A stretch of DNA of 64,000 nt, from the NCBI RefSeq assembly GCF_964188315.1, contig NC_135670.1:1302001-1366000 (forward strand), in the 5' to 3' direction. This document shows positions 1 through 12,691 of the stretch, piece by piece. Positions within the stretch are counted from its first letter, which is position 1, and each line of letters opens with the position of its first letter. The DNA is from Podarcis muralis. Taxonomy: Eukaryota. Made by a program: the position numbers and the translations under genes. The notes beneath the pieces were generated by a model. That model made no database searches, was not told the DNA's origin, and saw nothing but the letters and a program-made list of their open reading frames with translations.

Positions 1-15
1 TTCAATTTTTTTTAG

Positions 16-3000
16 ACTTAGAAATACTTGCTGCAGCTCAAAACATATCAGAGGAAATGCGGTATTTTGCCAATAAAAATGATGAACTGCAAAAAGATAT
101 TGGTAAGCTATCCCACGATGCTGAAGAATTGTAGTGCATTGGGAACCTGTCCTGAGTCTGCACCAGCTGAAAGCTCCTCCTCTATCTGAAAACTCTTAGA
201 GCCACCCTAGGGAAACATCAGAGATATTCAGATCAGCTCTCCTGAACTGTTGAGATTTAGCTTCTATTGCGAGGAAGGACAAGCCTGTCATCAGAAAGAA
301 GCCCTCATGCCCACTCACACAGTGAATTGACCCCTTGGCCACTGAATACATAATTGGTAAAGCGATTATAAAAATGTCTATAAAGCTTTAGATGTAAAAG
401 CAAAGAATGGGAATGAATGCCTATCACATCACTTGTACATAGAAGCAAGCGAAAGATGGTCAGCAGCAAAAGACACCTTTTGTGAGAGTTGTATAATGCC
501 ATTTCCCCTCTTTCACTTTGTCCTTGGGAAATATCATTGCCTTTAAAGACATATGCCAAAACCAGGCCTAAACTGAAAAGGATCCAGAAAATCCTGATTG
601 AAATGGATCTAGAAAATCAGTTTCCTCCAAGAGCACCTGGATCTGGTCCACAACCACCCGCTCAAGAACCTTGCCCAGGAAGGGGAGATTAGCAACGTCA
701 GTTACGTTAATTTTCTGAGCCCAGGGAAGATTTCTGAAGGAGTGGTTTTACCACTGCCTCCTTCAGTCTAGGGTTCCCCTTCCTGCCTCCACAGAGAGCC
801 TAGAGAGAGAAAGAGAATTTTGATAAGCCACAGCTACTTCCCCTCCCCAATCTTCAAGTCTGCCCTGATGTTGTCCTGAGTATCCAGGTGGAAACAAATA
901 GGTGAGGCCCCTGAGGTTCAGATAAGGCCTGTTAGGGGACGTACATCTTTTCTCTATTCCCTCAAATAAAAGGTGCACTCCCAGCTATGTCCACCCAGGT
1001 ATTTACTGCAGTATCAGCATGGCCTGAAGAGTTAATGTTGTTCTTGTTTTAATCTTCCTGAGCTTCCTAGATATGGTATCACACGGCCACAGAAATGAAC
1101 TTAACAAAAATAATTGAAATCTGCACAGACATACGAGGTGGTTCCCATTAAATTCCCTATTTTTCTCTCTCTGCTTCCTCCATACATGGCTTGACTTAAA
1201 GATATCCTTACTGAAAACTTGAACGATGGCTGGGTTATATATGAAAGGACCTTATATTGGTTTTCTAGTGAGGTAGCCTCATGGATGGATGCCCAAAAAA
1301 ATTGTGAGCGGGAAGGCGCCAACCTCATTTCTGCGGAAACAGTGGAAGAACAGGTGAGCATCAAAGCCGAGTATAGGGAAGGCAGGGGATCTTCTTGAGC
1401 CAATGGGCTCCTATCATTACTATCCATTTATGAAGGTTACATTTACCTGTATGCAGCCAAGATAGCAACTCCATCAGTCAAGCCAAGGGGTGGGTGAGGC
1501 AGGGAGCAGCTGCTACCATCTGGGACTAACTAAGGTTTCTTGGAGCTGCTGAGCTCTAATAGAATGAAGCTGGCATTCAGGAAGGAGGTTTTGAAGGGAG
1601 TGAAGGAGGAGATACTTGAGGGGCATCTATCCCTTGGCTTGCCGGTAAATTCTTCCTCTACTCTGTGAGATGTACTGAGTGCTTAGAAAGAAGGCTTTGC
1701 TCACCACCCTAACCCTCTGGCATGACAGTATCATGGAGATGACTTCAGAGGAGCTTGCAGGGTAGATCCAGTGTGGTGTAGTGGTTAAGAGAGCCAGTGT
1801 GGTGTAGTGGTTAAGAGCGGTAGTCTCGTAATCTGGGGAACTGGGTTCGTGTCTCTGCTCCTCCACAAGCAGCTGCTGGGTGACCTTGGGCCAGTCACAC
1901 TTCTCTGAAGTCTCTCAGCCCCACTCACCTCACAGAGTGTTTGTTGTGGGGGAGGAAGGGAAAGGAGAATGTTAGCCACTTGGAGACTCCTTAAAGGGAG
2001 TGAAAGGCGGGATATCAAATCCAAACTCCTCTTCTTCTTCTAGATCCCTCTCCCAGAGCCTTAGCCCTGGCAGAAGGGCTACTGGGGTGCTACAGGGCAT
2101 AGACATGGGTGAGACCCCATCATCATGCCATTAAGCATACCACAACCAGACTGATTCCAGTGTCTCTGGAACCAACCAACAAACATGGATGCAGAAACTG
2201 GAGTACTTGCCACACAGGTCACTGTCCCACTAGATGGCTCCAAGACCAACTGTTCTATGGCACAGTCATATTTGGAAATTTTAACTCTGTGTCATGACTG
2301 GAATACATATGTAGCCAGTCTTGGTGAGGGCAGGTGACGTTACCCTTCACTACAATATTTCCTGTTTGGGATGCTTCCTTGATTCCATCATCATCATTCA
2401 TCATCATCATCATAATGTTGATCAGGGGGACAATACCACATCCACTGTATGAAATTATTATTGGTGATGGGAATACTATGTATCGTTTTGATCACTGCTT
2501 CCAAAAAAATGTGAGTAGGGTCTTCAAAGGTGACACCTGTTCCTTTTAAAATGTGTTTGTTTTATGCCTGTTGAATTTCTGTAAAGGGCTGTAGTCTCCC
2601 AGAGAAAGGGACATTGTCTTAAAATATTTTATTTGTTCTTTCTCCACCCCTTCCCTAGCTCTTTTTGAGCACTGAAGTACAAAATCTTAAAAAGGTTTTT
2701 TGGATTGGAGTCTTTAAAGACAAGGGAGGGACATGGAAATGGCTGTCAGGGAGGATAGTTTCAGAAACGTAAGTTTTTGAAGAAATATTTGTTAATGACA
2801 TACGTTCCAAAAAGTTTCAGATTCTGATTACATAATTGATCCATTTGCTCTCCATATATATTTTGCCATGCACTTTTCTCTACTACCAAAGATCTACATA
2901 TGCACTCCTCCACATCATTATCCAGGTGAGTGACTGCTTCTTCTCACAAGGTTGCAGAGGCAGGGAGGCTACTCTTCCTGCTTCTCTAAACAAGTGAATG

Positions 3001-3952
3001 TGCTGATTCAGAAGAGGGTGAAAACATGCTTTTAAATGGTTTGTGCTGCTTAGCTCAGCTTCAAAGGGACTTGTAGGAACCTAAAGCTGAGCAACACTCT
3101 CTTTAGGAAAATATTTCTACAGTTTATTATTGTTATTATTATTAATTCTATTGAAGTTTTTATCTCTACAAAATAACAGAAAGAAAGGTCTACACATACG
3201 TACATGTTAGTAACACAAAGCATTCCCCCACCTCACCCCCCCCCAACATTGGTTCGACATAACTCGAAATGTGAGTTAAAATCTGACTTCATTCCATCGT
3301 TGCTTGACCTTAATTCTATAACTTATCTTTACAGTTGTGTTGTTATATTGTATTTGACAAATATTCTGATTTTACTTGCATTTGTAACCTTTTCCCCTTA
3401 CAAACTTTCTTCTTTACATATCAATATTTCTGTACCAGAGCAGTGTTTTAGTATATTCATTCATGAAACTCCATTCTTTTATTAAATTTTGATTTGTTTG
3501 ACCTCTGATAGCTGCCGTCATTTTGCCCAATTCAACAAATTCAATAAGTTTAATTTGCCTGTCTATTATTGTGGGTATTTTGTCTCCCTTCCAGTTCTTT
3601 GTTATAAGAACTCTTGCGGTAGCGGATGCATAGAAGAATATCCTTTTCTTATTTATGGGGATGTCATTTGTTATTAATCCCAGAAGATACGCTTCTTAAA
3701 AGATACGTTTCCAAGTAATAGTAGAAGGCAAGGGGAGTGAGTGAGGAAGTAGACATCCAATCTAGATCGATCAGTGCTGCTGTTTCTTTTCTTTTCAGCT
3801 ACTGGAATTACTATGAGCCAAATAGACAACCGAACCACGACTGTATTGCAATGTCCTTTGATTGCTACTACAACAAATGCTGGATGGCAGTAAAATGTGA
3901 TCTACCAATAAACTATGTTTGTAAGAAGGTGCCTAAGGATACTTGGCTCTAA
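16..3952 (+). CDS. Type II C-type lectin receptor (CLEC4/CD209-like), 3' part: neck exon 16-102, CTLD exons 1202-1353, 2659-2768, 3799-3952; 5' exons outside window
   Basis: GT-AG exons in compatible phases (1-1, 1-0, 0-2, 2-stop). Translation: LEILAAAQNISEEMRYFANKNDELQKDI / DILTENLNDGWVIYERTLYWFSSEVASWMDAQKNCEREGANLISAETVEEQ / LFLSTEVQNLKKVFWIGVFKDKGGTWKWLSGRIVSET / YWNYYEPNRQPNHDCIAMSFDCYYNKCWMAVKCDLPINYVCKKVPKDTWL*. It has the WIG, W-x-W and EPN motifs, four canonical CTLD cysteines and the classical 3-exon CTLD split. Possible AATAAA at 4147-4152. Confidence 0.9.
1768..2040 (+). mobile_element. tRNA-headed CORE-SINE (Squam3-like) with duplicated 5' head
   Basis: A/B-box-like head (gtggtgtagtggttaagag...gggttcgtgtc), CORE-like gctgggtgaccttgggccagtcac and a (TTC)n tail. 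TAGATCC occurs at both flanks (1763-1769, 2041-2047). Confidence 0.75.
3150..3715 (-). mobile_element. Decayed L1-clade LINE 3' fragment
   Basis: Minus strand 3583-3636 translates FYASATARVLITKNWKGD, typical of the reptile L1 ORF2 C-terminus. An A-rich 3' region follows. Confidence 0.6.
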
Positions 3953-4354
3953 GAAGACACCTTAAGATGAACGTAACTGGATCCCATGATCACTACACAA
4001 AAACAAAACCAAGAGATCACCCACCCCGCTGTTTTAATGCACAATCCACACTCTGCCACCTACGTTTTGGGACTCTCTGGCAGCAGCCCTCAAAAACCAC
4101 CTTGAAAAGGCCTTATACTGCAAGCTCAAATGTAGATGACTACAAAAATAAAGAATGGAAGGATCCAGTCATAGCCTGTTTTTCGTTCAATGCATTTATT
4201 TGCAATGCACACCAATATTTGTTTCCTTACTCTGTGTGTCTGATGCCCCATTGCCTCTTCTGATCTGCATGGTCACTAACTTACAGGGCACATAAGGGCA
4301 ACTGGTGAGTTCATAGCCTGGGGGGTGGACACCGTAACTTTTTCATCCCCGGTG

Positions 4355-4495
4355 GTAGAATCATAGAGTTGGAAGGGCCCCTGAGGATTACCTAGTTGAA
4401 CCCCCTGCAATGCGGGAATGTGCAGCCGTTACTTATGGGGCTTGAACCTGCAGACTTTGTATTATCAGCCCCATGGTCTAGCCAATTGAGCTCTT
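4355..4495 (-). mobile_element. SINE with CR1-derived tail
   Basis: + strand agaatcatagagttggaaggg...ccccctgcaatg is the reverse of a CR1 3' tail, followed by a reversed tRNA-like head. Related copies at about 14065-14137 and 45305-45452. Confidence 0.55.
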
Positions 4496-5174
4496 CAGTG
4501 TCTTGATGCAGTTGGGGACTGGATGAGGATCAATAAACCAGCTTTGTCTGCTTCACCAAATGCAGCCATTCCTGGGGACCCACAGGTTGAGAACCGCTGA
4601 CATACATAAATGTATAAACCACATGTCTGAAACTCCACAGAAAAAAGTCCTGAAACCATTTTGTCTCCCCCAAATGACCTCAAATATTTCTCTGCAAGGT
4701 CGAAGGAAATGGGGAGCCTCCCCATTGTCTCTTTGCTCACAAATCCTTAACACATCAATCACTCTTGGAGTCAGCTGCTGCGACTGGCTTCCGTTTCCTG
4801 CCAAGGCAAGAAATATCCCATCTCCTATTCCACCTCTTTCTGGTCTTGCACTGTTCTAACACCCAACTCTTCGTTCTGGTTTTAGGGGATTCTGGTTCTG
4901 TTAACCCCTCCTCATCTGGAGTGGAGTCAAACCCCTCTCACTCTCCTCCAGCTTGCTCTGTATTCTTTTCAGATTCCACAGGCAGCATTCCAGAGTGAGG
5001 GTAGATTATCTCTTCCTGACTGTGCGAAGGACTCAAGTTTCTACTCCCCTCAGCTTGCCTCTCTTCCTCTTATGATTCCTCGCTGTCTCTCAGAGCAAAA
5101 GTGTCCCTGACACCATTATTGTTATTTCTGTTGTCTAGTCTTTAACCATAATAAAGATTGATTGATTGATTGCC

Positions 5175-6170
5175 TTTCTAGAACAGATTACCATTCCTAG
5201 AGTAGACAAACATTAAAAAGGAGAGATATAATAGTCATGGGAGACTTCAGCTATTCTGTTATCTGTTGGAAATAAAACTGCCAAAAATGTAAAGCCAACA
5301 ATTTCCTCAGTTGCCTTGCTGACAATTTCATTTCCCAGAAGGTGAAAAAAGCAACAAGGGGATTGACTATCTCGGGCCTGCTCCTCACCAGTTAGGAAGA
5401 ACTGGTCAATGAGGTGGGAGTAGTGAGAACTCTGGGAGGAAGAGACCACATCCTCTGGAGATTCATTATACAGAAGAAAGGAAAATCTGAGCATAGTCAG
5501 ACACACACACTCTGGAATTTAAGATAAGGTAAAGGTAAAGGTACCCCTGCCCGTACGGGCCAGTCTTGACAGACTCTAGGGTTGTGCGCCCATCTCACTC
5601 AAGAGGCCGGGGGCCAGTGCTGTCCGGAGACACTTCCGGGTCACGTGGCCAGTGTGACATTGCTGCTCTGGCAAGCCAGAGCCGCACACGGAAACGCCGT
5701 TTACCTTCCCGCTAGTAAGCGGTCCCTATTTATCTACTTGCACCCGGGAGTGCTTTTGAACTGCTAGGTTGGCAGGCGCTGGGACTGAGCAATGGGAGCG
5801 CACCCCGCCGTGGGGATTCGAACCGCCGACCTTTCGATCGGCAAGCCCTAGGCACTGAGGCTTTTACCCACAGCGCCACCCGCGTCCCTGGAATTTAAGA
5901 TAGCTGATTTAAAAAAGCTGAAGGAACCACTGTATGAGATCACTTGGCCAGAAAACTGAAGGAGAGAGAGAGAGAGAGAGAGAGGTTGATGAGGTGAGAT
6001 GTTGAAAACACAAGTGCAAACAATTCAAAAAAAAAAAAAAAAAAAAGGGAAGGGGCTGCATCAAAAGAAAACCAGGGTGGCTGCATAAGGCGCTTTCCAA
6101 TGAGCTGAGATTTAAAAGGGGAATGAAAAAGAAACAGGAGAAGGGACAAATCACAAGGGAGGAGCATGCC
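5175..6170 (+). mobile_element. Decayed CR1 LINE ORF2 endonuclease-region fragment, interrupted by a Sauria SINE
   Basis: Degenerate translation [57 protein letters not shown] is the CR1 APE C-terminal region. It contains a (GA)n tract and a long poly(A) run. Confidence 0.7.
5527..5888 (-). mobile_element. Sauria SINE, young subfamily, full length
   Basis: 5' GGGACGCGGGTGGCGCTGTGGGTAAAAGCC tRNA-like head and (ACCTTT)n tail. Perfect 14-bp TSD TGGAATTTAAGATA at 5513-5526 and 5889-5902. Confidence 0.92.
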
Positions 6171-6242
6171 CTGTCTTGCTGCCCATTTTGCTGCAAACAG
6201 ACCAGGCCAGTTGTGCTCAAAGGCATTGCCGCAGAATCAGTA

Positions 6243-6484
6243 CAGTGGTACCTCGGGTTACATATGCTTCAGGTTACATACGGTTCAGGTTACAGACTCT
6301 GCTATCCCAGAAATAGTACCTTGGGTTAAGAACTTTGCTTCAGGATGAGAACAGAAATCGTGCTCTGGCGGCACGACAGCACCGTGAGGCCCCAGTAGCT
6401 AAAGTGGTGCTTCAGGTTAAGAACAGTTTCAGGTTAAGAACAGACCTCCGGAACGAATTAAGTACGTAACCAGAGGCATCACTG
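6243..6484. mobile_element. Tc1/mariner-type MITE, family A
   Basis: TIR CAGTGGTACCTC / GAGGCATCACTG flanked by TA on both sides, with internal ttcaggttaagaac repeats. Second copy at 34531-34759. Confidence 0.8.
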
Positions 6485-6755
6485 TACTGATCCTTGTCAG
6501 TGGCAGTAATGGAAATGATCAAGCAATTCACTACTGCCCTGATTGTGTCCTCATAATTTCTCCTAAAGGAGCTCTTTGGGGTTTCTCCAGATCTTTTTAT
6601 TGTTTACTATTGTTTACCTGTTAATTCTTTTTTTATTTGTTGATTCTTTAATTTCTAGGGACAAGAGTATTCCTTATTTCTAATGACATACATGTAAATA
6701 AAATAGCAAGAACAGACATCCAGAATTATGAGCATGATTCAGACTTCTGGATTAT

Positions 6756-9201
6756 TTAAAACTGTCTTCTTATTAGCTGCTCCCTGCTGTTCAGCTCAGG
6801 CCTCAGTAAAATAACATAGCATTTGGGGGTAAAGATGCAGCCCAGTAACCCAAAACTCGAGGCCAAGATGGAGAAGATCTCCACAGCCACCATGTATTTG
6901 CCCTTGGTGCTCAAGTAGGTTGGAACAAAGGAGAGCCACACACTGCAAAAGACCAACATGCTGAAGGTGATGAATTTGGCTTCATTGAAACTGTCTGGCA
7001 ACTTTCTAGCTAGGAAAGCCACCATGAAGCTCACAATGGCCAGCCAACCCATGAATCCCAGGACACAATAAAACATATGAGTGGAGCCTTCATTACATTC
7101 TAGTATTATTTCTTCAGTCATTGAGTCCATGTCAACGTCTGGGAAAGGAGGAGAAGTTGCCAGCCATGTGCTACAGATTGTGGCTTGAATAAGGGAGCAG
7201 GAAAGAACAATTGGGGTGCCCAGTGGCTTCCCTACCCACTTCCTCATGCTGGACCCAGGCTTGGTGGCCATGAAAGCTAGAACCACAATGGCGGTTTTGG
7301 CCAAGATGCAAGAAATTGCCACTGAGAAGATCATGCCAAAAGCAGTTTGTCGAAGGAGGCAGGTGACTTCCTGAGGCTGGCCAATGAAGAGCAGAGCACA
7401 AAGGAAGGAGAGGAGGAGGAAAAGGAGGAGAATATAAGTGAGGTTGCGGTTGTTGGCTTTGACTATGGGAGTATCTCTGTGCTTTGTGAATATTTGAAGC
7501 GCCAAAGCTGTGATGAAGGAAAAGAAGAGGGCGAACGTGGCCAAACTGATCCCCAACGGTTCTCCATAAGACAAGAAAGTTTTGTCTTTGGGGAGGCAGC
7601 CATCCTGTTCATTGTTTGCATATTGATCTCCAGGGCATTCTAAACAGTCATTCATGTCTGAAAATGAAAAAGGAAGAAACAAATCTTATTTTTTTAAAAG
7701 GTCTTCTTTCCCCAAATTGGCACAGTGCATCTAAGAGATGCCAGAATGTATATTTGCTACTTCCATACTGTATTCCCACTAGAGAAAGGAGCTTCTGATG
7801 CACAGGTAAAATTAAAGCCTGTGATGCATTCCTTACCCTCCTTGTTTGCAATCTTCCCTTCTGGACACGGAAGGCAATCATAGCAGCAGAATGGCTTTCC
7901 TTCCTTCTTGTTCTTTCTATAACCTACATGACAATTCTCATTACACAGAGAAGTGGGTTGTGCCTGTTCATAAATGAAAGAAGGAAATTGTTTAGGAGTT
8001 TGCATCTCACTGACCTATCTTCAAATAATAAAAGCGACAGTAAAGCAATAGCTTGCTAGAGGTTTGTGCTTTTTTCTAAAGATGACCTTTAATCCAGCAC
8101 TAATTATAGCATTGGAACTCCAGTACATTTCCCTTTATGAAAGCCATATTAGTAAGTATTTAAATTTCTACTGATATTAGCATGGCAGTGCTAATCTCTA
8201 TCAAATTAGAAAATGTTCAGGTGAAAGCTTATTGGGTCAATATCTCATTATAGAAATTGCTCAAGCATTTTTGACATAAACATTGGCTCTTAATGCAATC
8301 TTCCAGTGCCGTTTGTTTCTAGAGTTACCTTCTTCATCACCTGCATGTGCCCTACAATTTACCGTATTTTTCGCTCTATAGGACACACTTTTCCCCCTCC
8401 AAAAATGAAGGGGAAATGTGTGTGAGTCCTATGGAGTGAATGCAGGCTTTCCCTGAAGCCTGGAGAGCGAGAGGGGTCGGTGCACACCGACCCCTCTCGC
8501 TCTCCAGGCTTCAGGCAGCTATCCGCAAGCCTTCGGAGTGCTCCAAAGGCTTGCGGACAGCAGCCTGAAGCCCGGCAAGCGCTGCACCAACTCCCGCTGC
8601 GCTCGCCGGGCTTCAGGCAGCCATCCGCAAGCCTTCGGAGCGTGACGGGAGTTCCTGCTGCGCTCGGAAGGCTTGCGGATAGCTGCCTGTTCTGGAGGCT
8701 GGGGTCGGGGGAAGCTTGGGAGCAGCAGCGAGGTTGCGGACAATCTTGCCACCGCTCCTGGACCTGGGGTGCCATCAAATTGAGCAGGATTGAGCCCTCT
8801 GCTCACCAACCTCTGAGTAAATGGTCCAATCCTGACTCCAGGGGTCTGAAGTATGGTCTAAAGAAAGGTGGAGAGCATTTCTGACAGTTTGTTCAATTGG
8901 AGTTTTAAGAACCCTAATCAAACATTGCCTTATCCCCACTTGATTTGGGGCCAAATAACTCCAGAATGGATTGGTGGTGTGCGCGCATGCAAAATACTAG
9001 GAAGGAAAGAAAAAAGAAAGGAGGAAGGAAGGAAGGATATTCTAATTAAAAGACATACTGGGCTACTTTGAATTTAATGGACTAGTGACACTCTGCAGCT
9101 CAGATACCTCTGCAAAGAGACTTGGAAACACAATAGCTTTCTTTCGAACAGACAGGTGTTTTCTCTTATATATCTAGTCTGATAATTGATGGTGATTCAA
9201 T

Positions 9202-9254
<53 letters not shown>

Positions 9255-12200
9255 TTATTATTTGTACCCCGCCCATCTGGCTGGGTTTCCCCAGCCACTC
9301 TGGGCGGCTTCCAACAAAGATGAAAAATACACAAAAATGTCACATATTAAAAACTTCCCTGAACAGGGCTGCCTTCAGATGTCTTCTGAATGTCAGGTAG
9401 TTGTTTATCGCTTTGACATCTGATGGGAGGTCGTTGCACAGGGCGGGCGCCACTACCGAGAAGGCCCTCTGCCTGGTTCCCTGTAACTTGGCCTCTCGCA
9501 GTGAGGGAACCGCCAGAAGGCCCTCGGAACTGGACCTCAGTGTCCGGGCAGAACGATGGGGGAGGAGACGCTCCTTCAGATATACTGGACCGAGGCCATT
9601 TAGGGCTTTAAAGGTCAGCACCAACACTTTGAATTGTGCTCGGAAACGTACTGGGAGCCGATGAAGGTCTTTCAAGACCGGTGTTATGTGGTCTCGGCGG
9701 CCGCTCCCAGTCACCAGTCTAGCTGCCACATTCTGGATTAGTTGTAGTTTCCGGGTCACCTTCAAAGGTAGCCCCACGTAGAGCGCATTGCAGTAGTCCA
9801 AGCGTGTTGCAGTGAGGCAGATTTTGGACTGAGCAAAAAACTAGAGAAAATCCAGAACAACTTCTTACCTGGTTGAACCAGTTGGGCCACATGATACCAT
9901 CATCATGAATGGTTAACCTCTTCTCTGGGGGAGCTTGTGGGTCCATTGTTCCAACTTTGGCTCTCAGAAATGACTGATTTGGGAATGTGACCCAATTTAC
10001 TATATCAAATCCAGCTATTAATTTCCCATTTCGGTCAAAGGAAACTTCTTCCCCGGCACTATTATTAAATGAAACTCTTCCCAGAAAGTGGTGGACCTAA
10101 GTTTGAAGAGGAAAAAAGCAATAAATGAAGATGCCAAAAATAATTAAATATAAGTAATATTTGTACAAATAGAGTGTTTATCTTTAACATCTAAGAGGTA
10201 TAGTTCATGGTCTCCTTAAAAGATGTATGTTAGTGTCTTTCTCTCTGTGCTTTTAATGAGTCAGTTTATCAAGCTTATCCAAAATGGATGGAGCTAAAAA
10301 GGAAAAACGAATTAATGAGCTGTACTATTTTCTAGAAAAGAGATGCTGGAACTCACCACAAACACCTCCTTCGTTCCCTTGGAATAGCAATGGCGCCCCC
10401 CTGAGAGGGGAGAGAACTGAGTTCACCTGAGTTATGGCTGAAAAAAAGCCCTGCTCATGAGGATATACAAAAGTTCGACATTGTGGAACACAATATTCAT
10501 TTAACTGTTTTGTGAAGGCTAATTTCAATTGTAGCAATGTTCATTGTGAAGGTAAGATGTGGTTCTTTTAAGAATTACAGTTAGTCTTGGCCTAAATTTC
10601 ATAGAACTTAGACCACAAATCTAAAATACTGGTGTCCATGTGTTTTATTATTCAACAACTGGGCGAGGGCTCAGGGCCTTGACACGCAGTGAGTTTCCCC
10701 TACTGACAGAGGTATTCAAGAAAAGTGCCCCCTTTGGCTCAGGAGTTGATTACAGACATCTGTATTAACAGGAAGACAACATTACCTGCCACTGCTGAAG
10801 ATCTGTAAGTTTCCCTCTTGCTCCACCTGCCATAGCTCTGCAATTTAACTTGGTGGACTGCATGGTGTGCAAAGCATGTGCCAAAATATAGATTGCATTG
10901 TAGATGCTGTAGCTGTGGGCTGTCATGCTCGTTTCAAAAACAGACCCAGGAAGGCTCTCAATATTCTCCTCCCCAGTGCAGAACTTGTCATCTTTCTTCT
11001 CTGAAGCATGGTCGGGAAAACCACAATTAAATGCCTCTTCCCAGAAAGCTCTGAGGAAGCCATCTTCTTTTAACAAAATAGGGTTTCTCATCTGAATAAA
11101 TTTCTGGAACCCTGGGAGATCCTTAGAGTGAACTGCAAAGGATAGAGCCCCATGGAGGAATGTGATGTCCCAACCTCTTTGAAAGGGAAATGATGTGAAA
11201 TCCATCTGGGCTGTCATAATCCAGACTTTTGCCTTGCCTTGCATTGATATATCATCTGTTTCTGCGAGGTTGGGCATCATTCTCATTACCATAATGGTAT
11301 CAATTTCACCATGAACGAGAACAACACTGGCAGTGCTTCTCATGACAATTCTGATTATTTTAGAACCACCGTCTACCATTTTATGGAGCTCATCAGAATA
11401 GGTTGCTTGGGGGAATCTTTCTACAAAATCAAAGCAGATACCCCTCTGGGAAAACATGGGAAGAACATTTTGTACAAATCTCTCCCCAGTGTCATCACTC
11501 AGAGAAAGCACCCCAATCCACATCCAGCTGAAATGCAGTAGAAGATGAAGTATCCCATTGTACTGCTGAACCCCATCTGGGAACACCCAGTGGAAGAAAA
11601 GTGTTTGCACATAGCTATTCATAATGGGAGAAGAGCCATACATGAGCTAAAAGAAAAGGAAGCAAAGGGTTAGCTGAAGGAAAGGGAAAGTGATACCCAA
11701 TTGTCCTATCAAGCACCAGTTCAAGTGGAAACCAGTCAGATGGGTGGCAGATTAATAATAAATAGTTATTATAGAATAACGTTACCAGACGTCCCCGTTT
11801 CCTGGGGACAGTCCCCGGATTTACAAATCAGTCCCCATACAAAATCAATTGAAGTTAAAAAATGTCCCTGGATTCATTGAAAAAAATCTGGTAACCTTAT
11901 ATAGAATGTAGAGATGCAGTACAATTTTGTTTGATCTGCTTTCTGAAGTGCACTGATTGAATTGCAGCTGCCAGTCAAAAGATGCACTACTTAGAATTTT
12001 GCAATGCACATGGAAATATTTCCCTTGTGCAAAAGATACCTTCAAAAGCCACACTTTAGGAAGGAGTGCACTGAAAAGCCTTGGAAAGTGTGCAATTTAG
12101 AATGAAATGTTTTATTCTTTTCAAGAAGTATACACAAAAGGCATAGATTCCAAATATAGGCATTATGTGTGGCATTATGTTCTTTAAATGAGCACCAAAT

Positions 12201-12657
12201 GAGATATAACGAGCCAGAAACATTGAAAGGGGACAAATATTTTAAATGGATGAAATTAGGTTGCTCAGTTGATGCACCCTTTCAGAGATCTATTAAGGAT
12301 GCTCAATGGGGACCAACCAAACTGAGACAAATGAAGGAGAAGGCATAGAGGTTGGGGTATGGCTATTATATTTCAAATATTTTAGAAATCATGGTCAGAT
12401 TGGATAACAGGTTGTGGAATTTAGTGGAGGGACTGATTTTTACAAAATGATTTTAGAAATATTTGGGAATTTGATTGCACGGTTTATATTAATTTTCAAT
12501 ATTCTGTCCAATTAGAAATTCTCCCTCCTATGTTGTCTACATAGGTGAGCATGAAGAATAAATTGTCATTTCAGGAATTATAGAACTAGGTTAAAAAATA
12601 TCACCTACTGCAGATACACATGCACACAAACACACAAACATATATATCCCCTATTGC

Positions 12658-12691
<34 letters not shown>

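Noticed and set aside
489-692. Possible extra lectin neck exon
   Set aside because: The acceptor at about 548 gives an early stop in the required phase, and I found no convincing donor.
5790-5888. tRNA-like sequences (also about 1794-1860, 27712-27790, 44531-44620)
   Set aside because: They are heads of SINEs with bodies, tails and TSDs, and do not form full cloverleaves.
8359-8884. Overlapping 96-139 aa ORFs on both strands
   Set aside because: These are stop-poor by-products of the GC-rich palindromic repeat.
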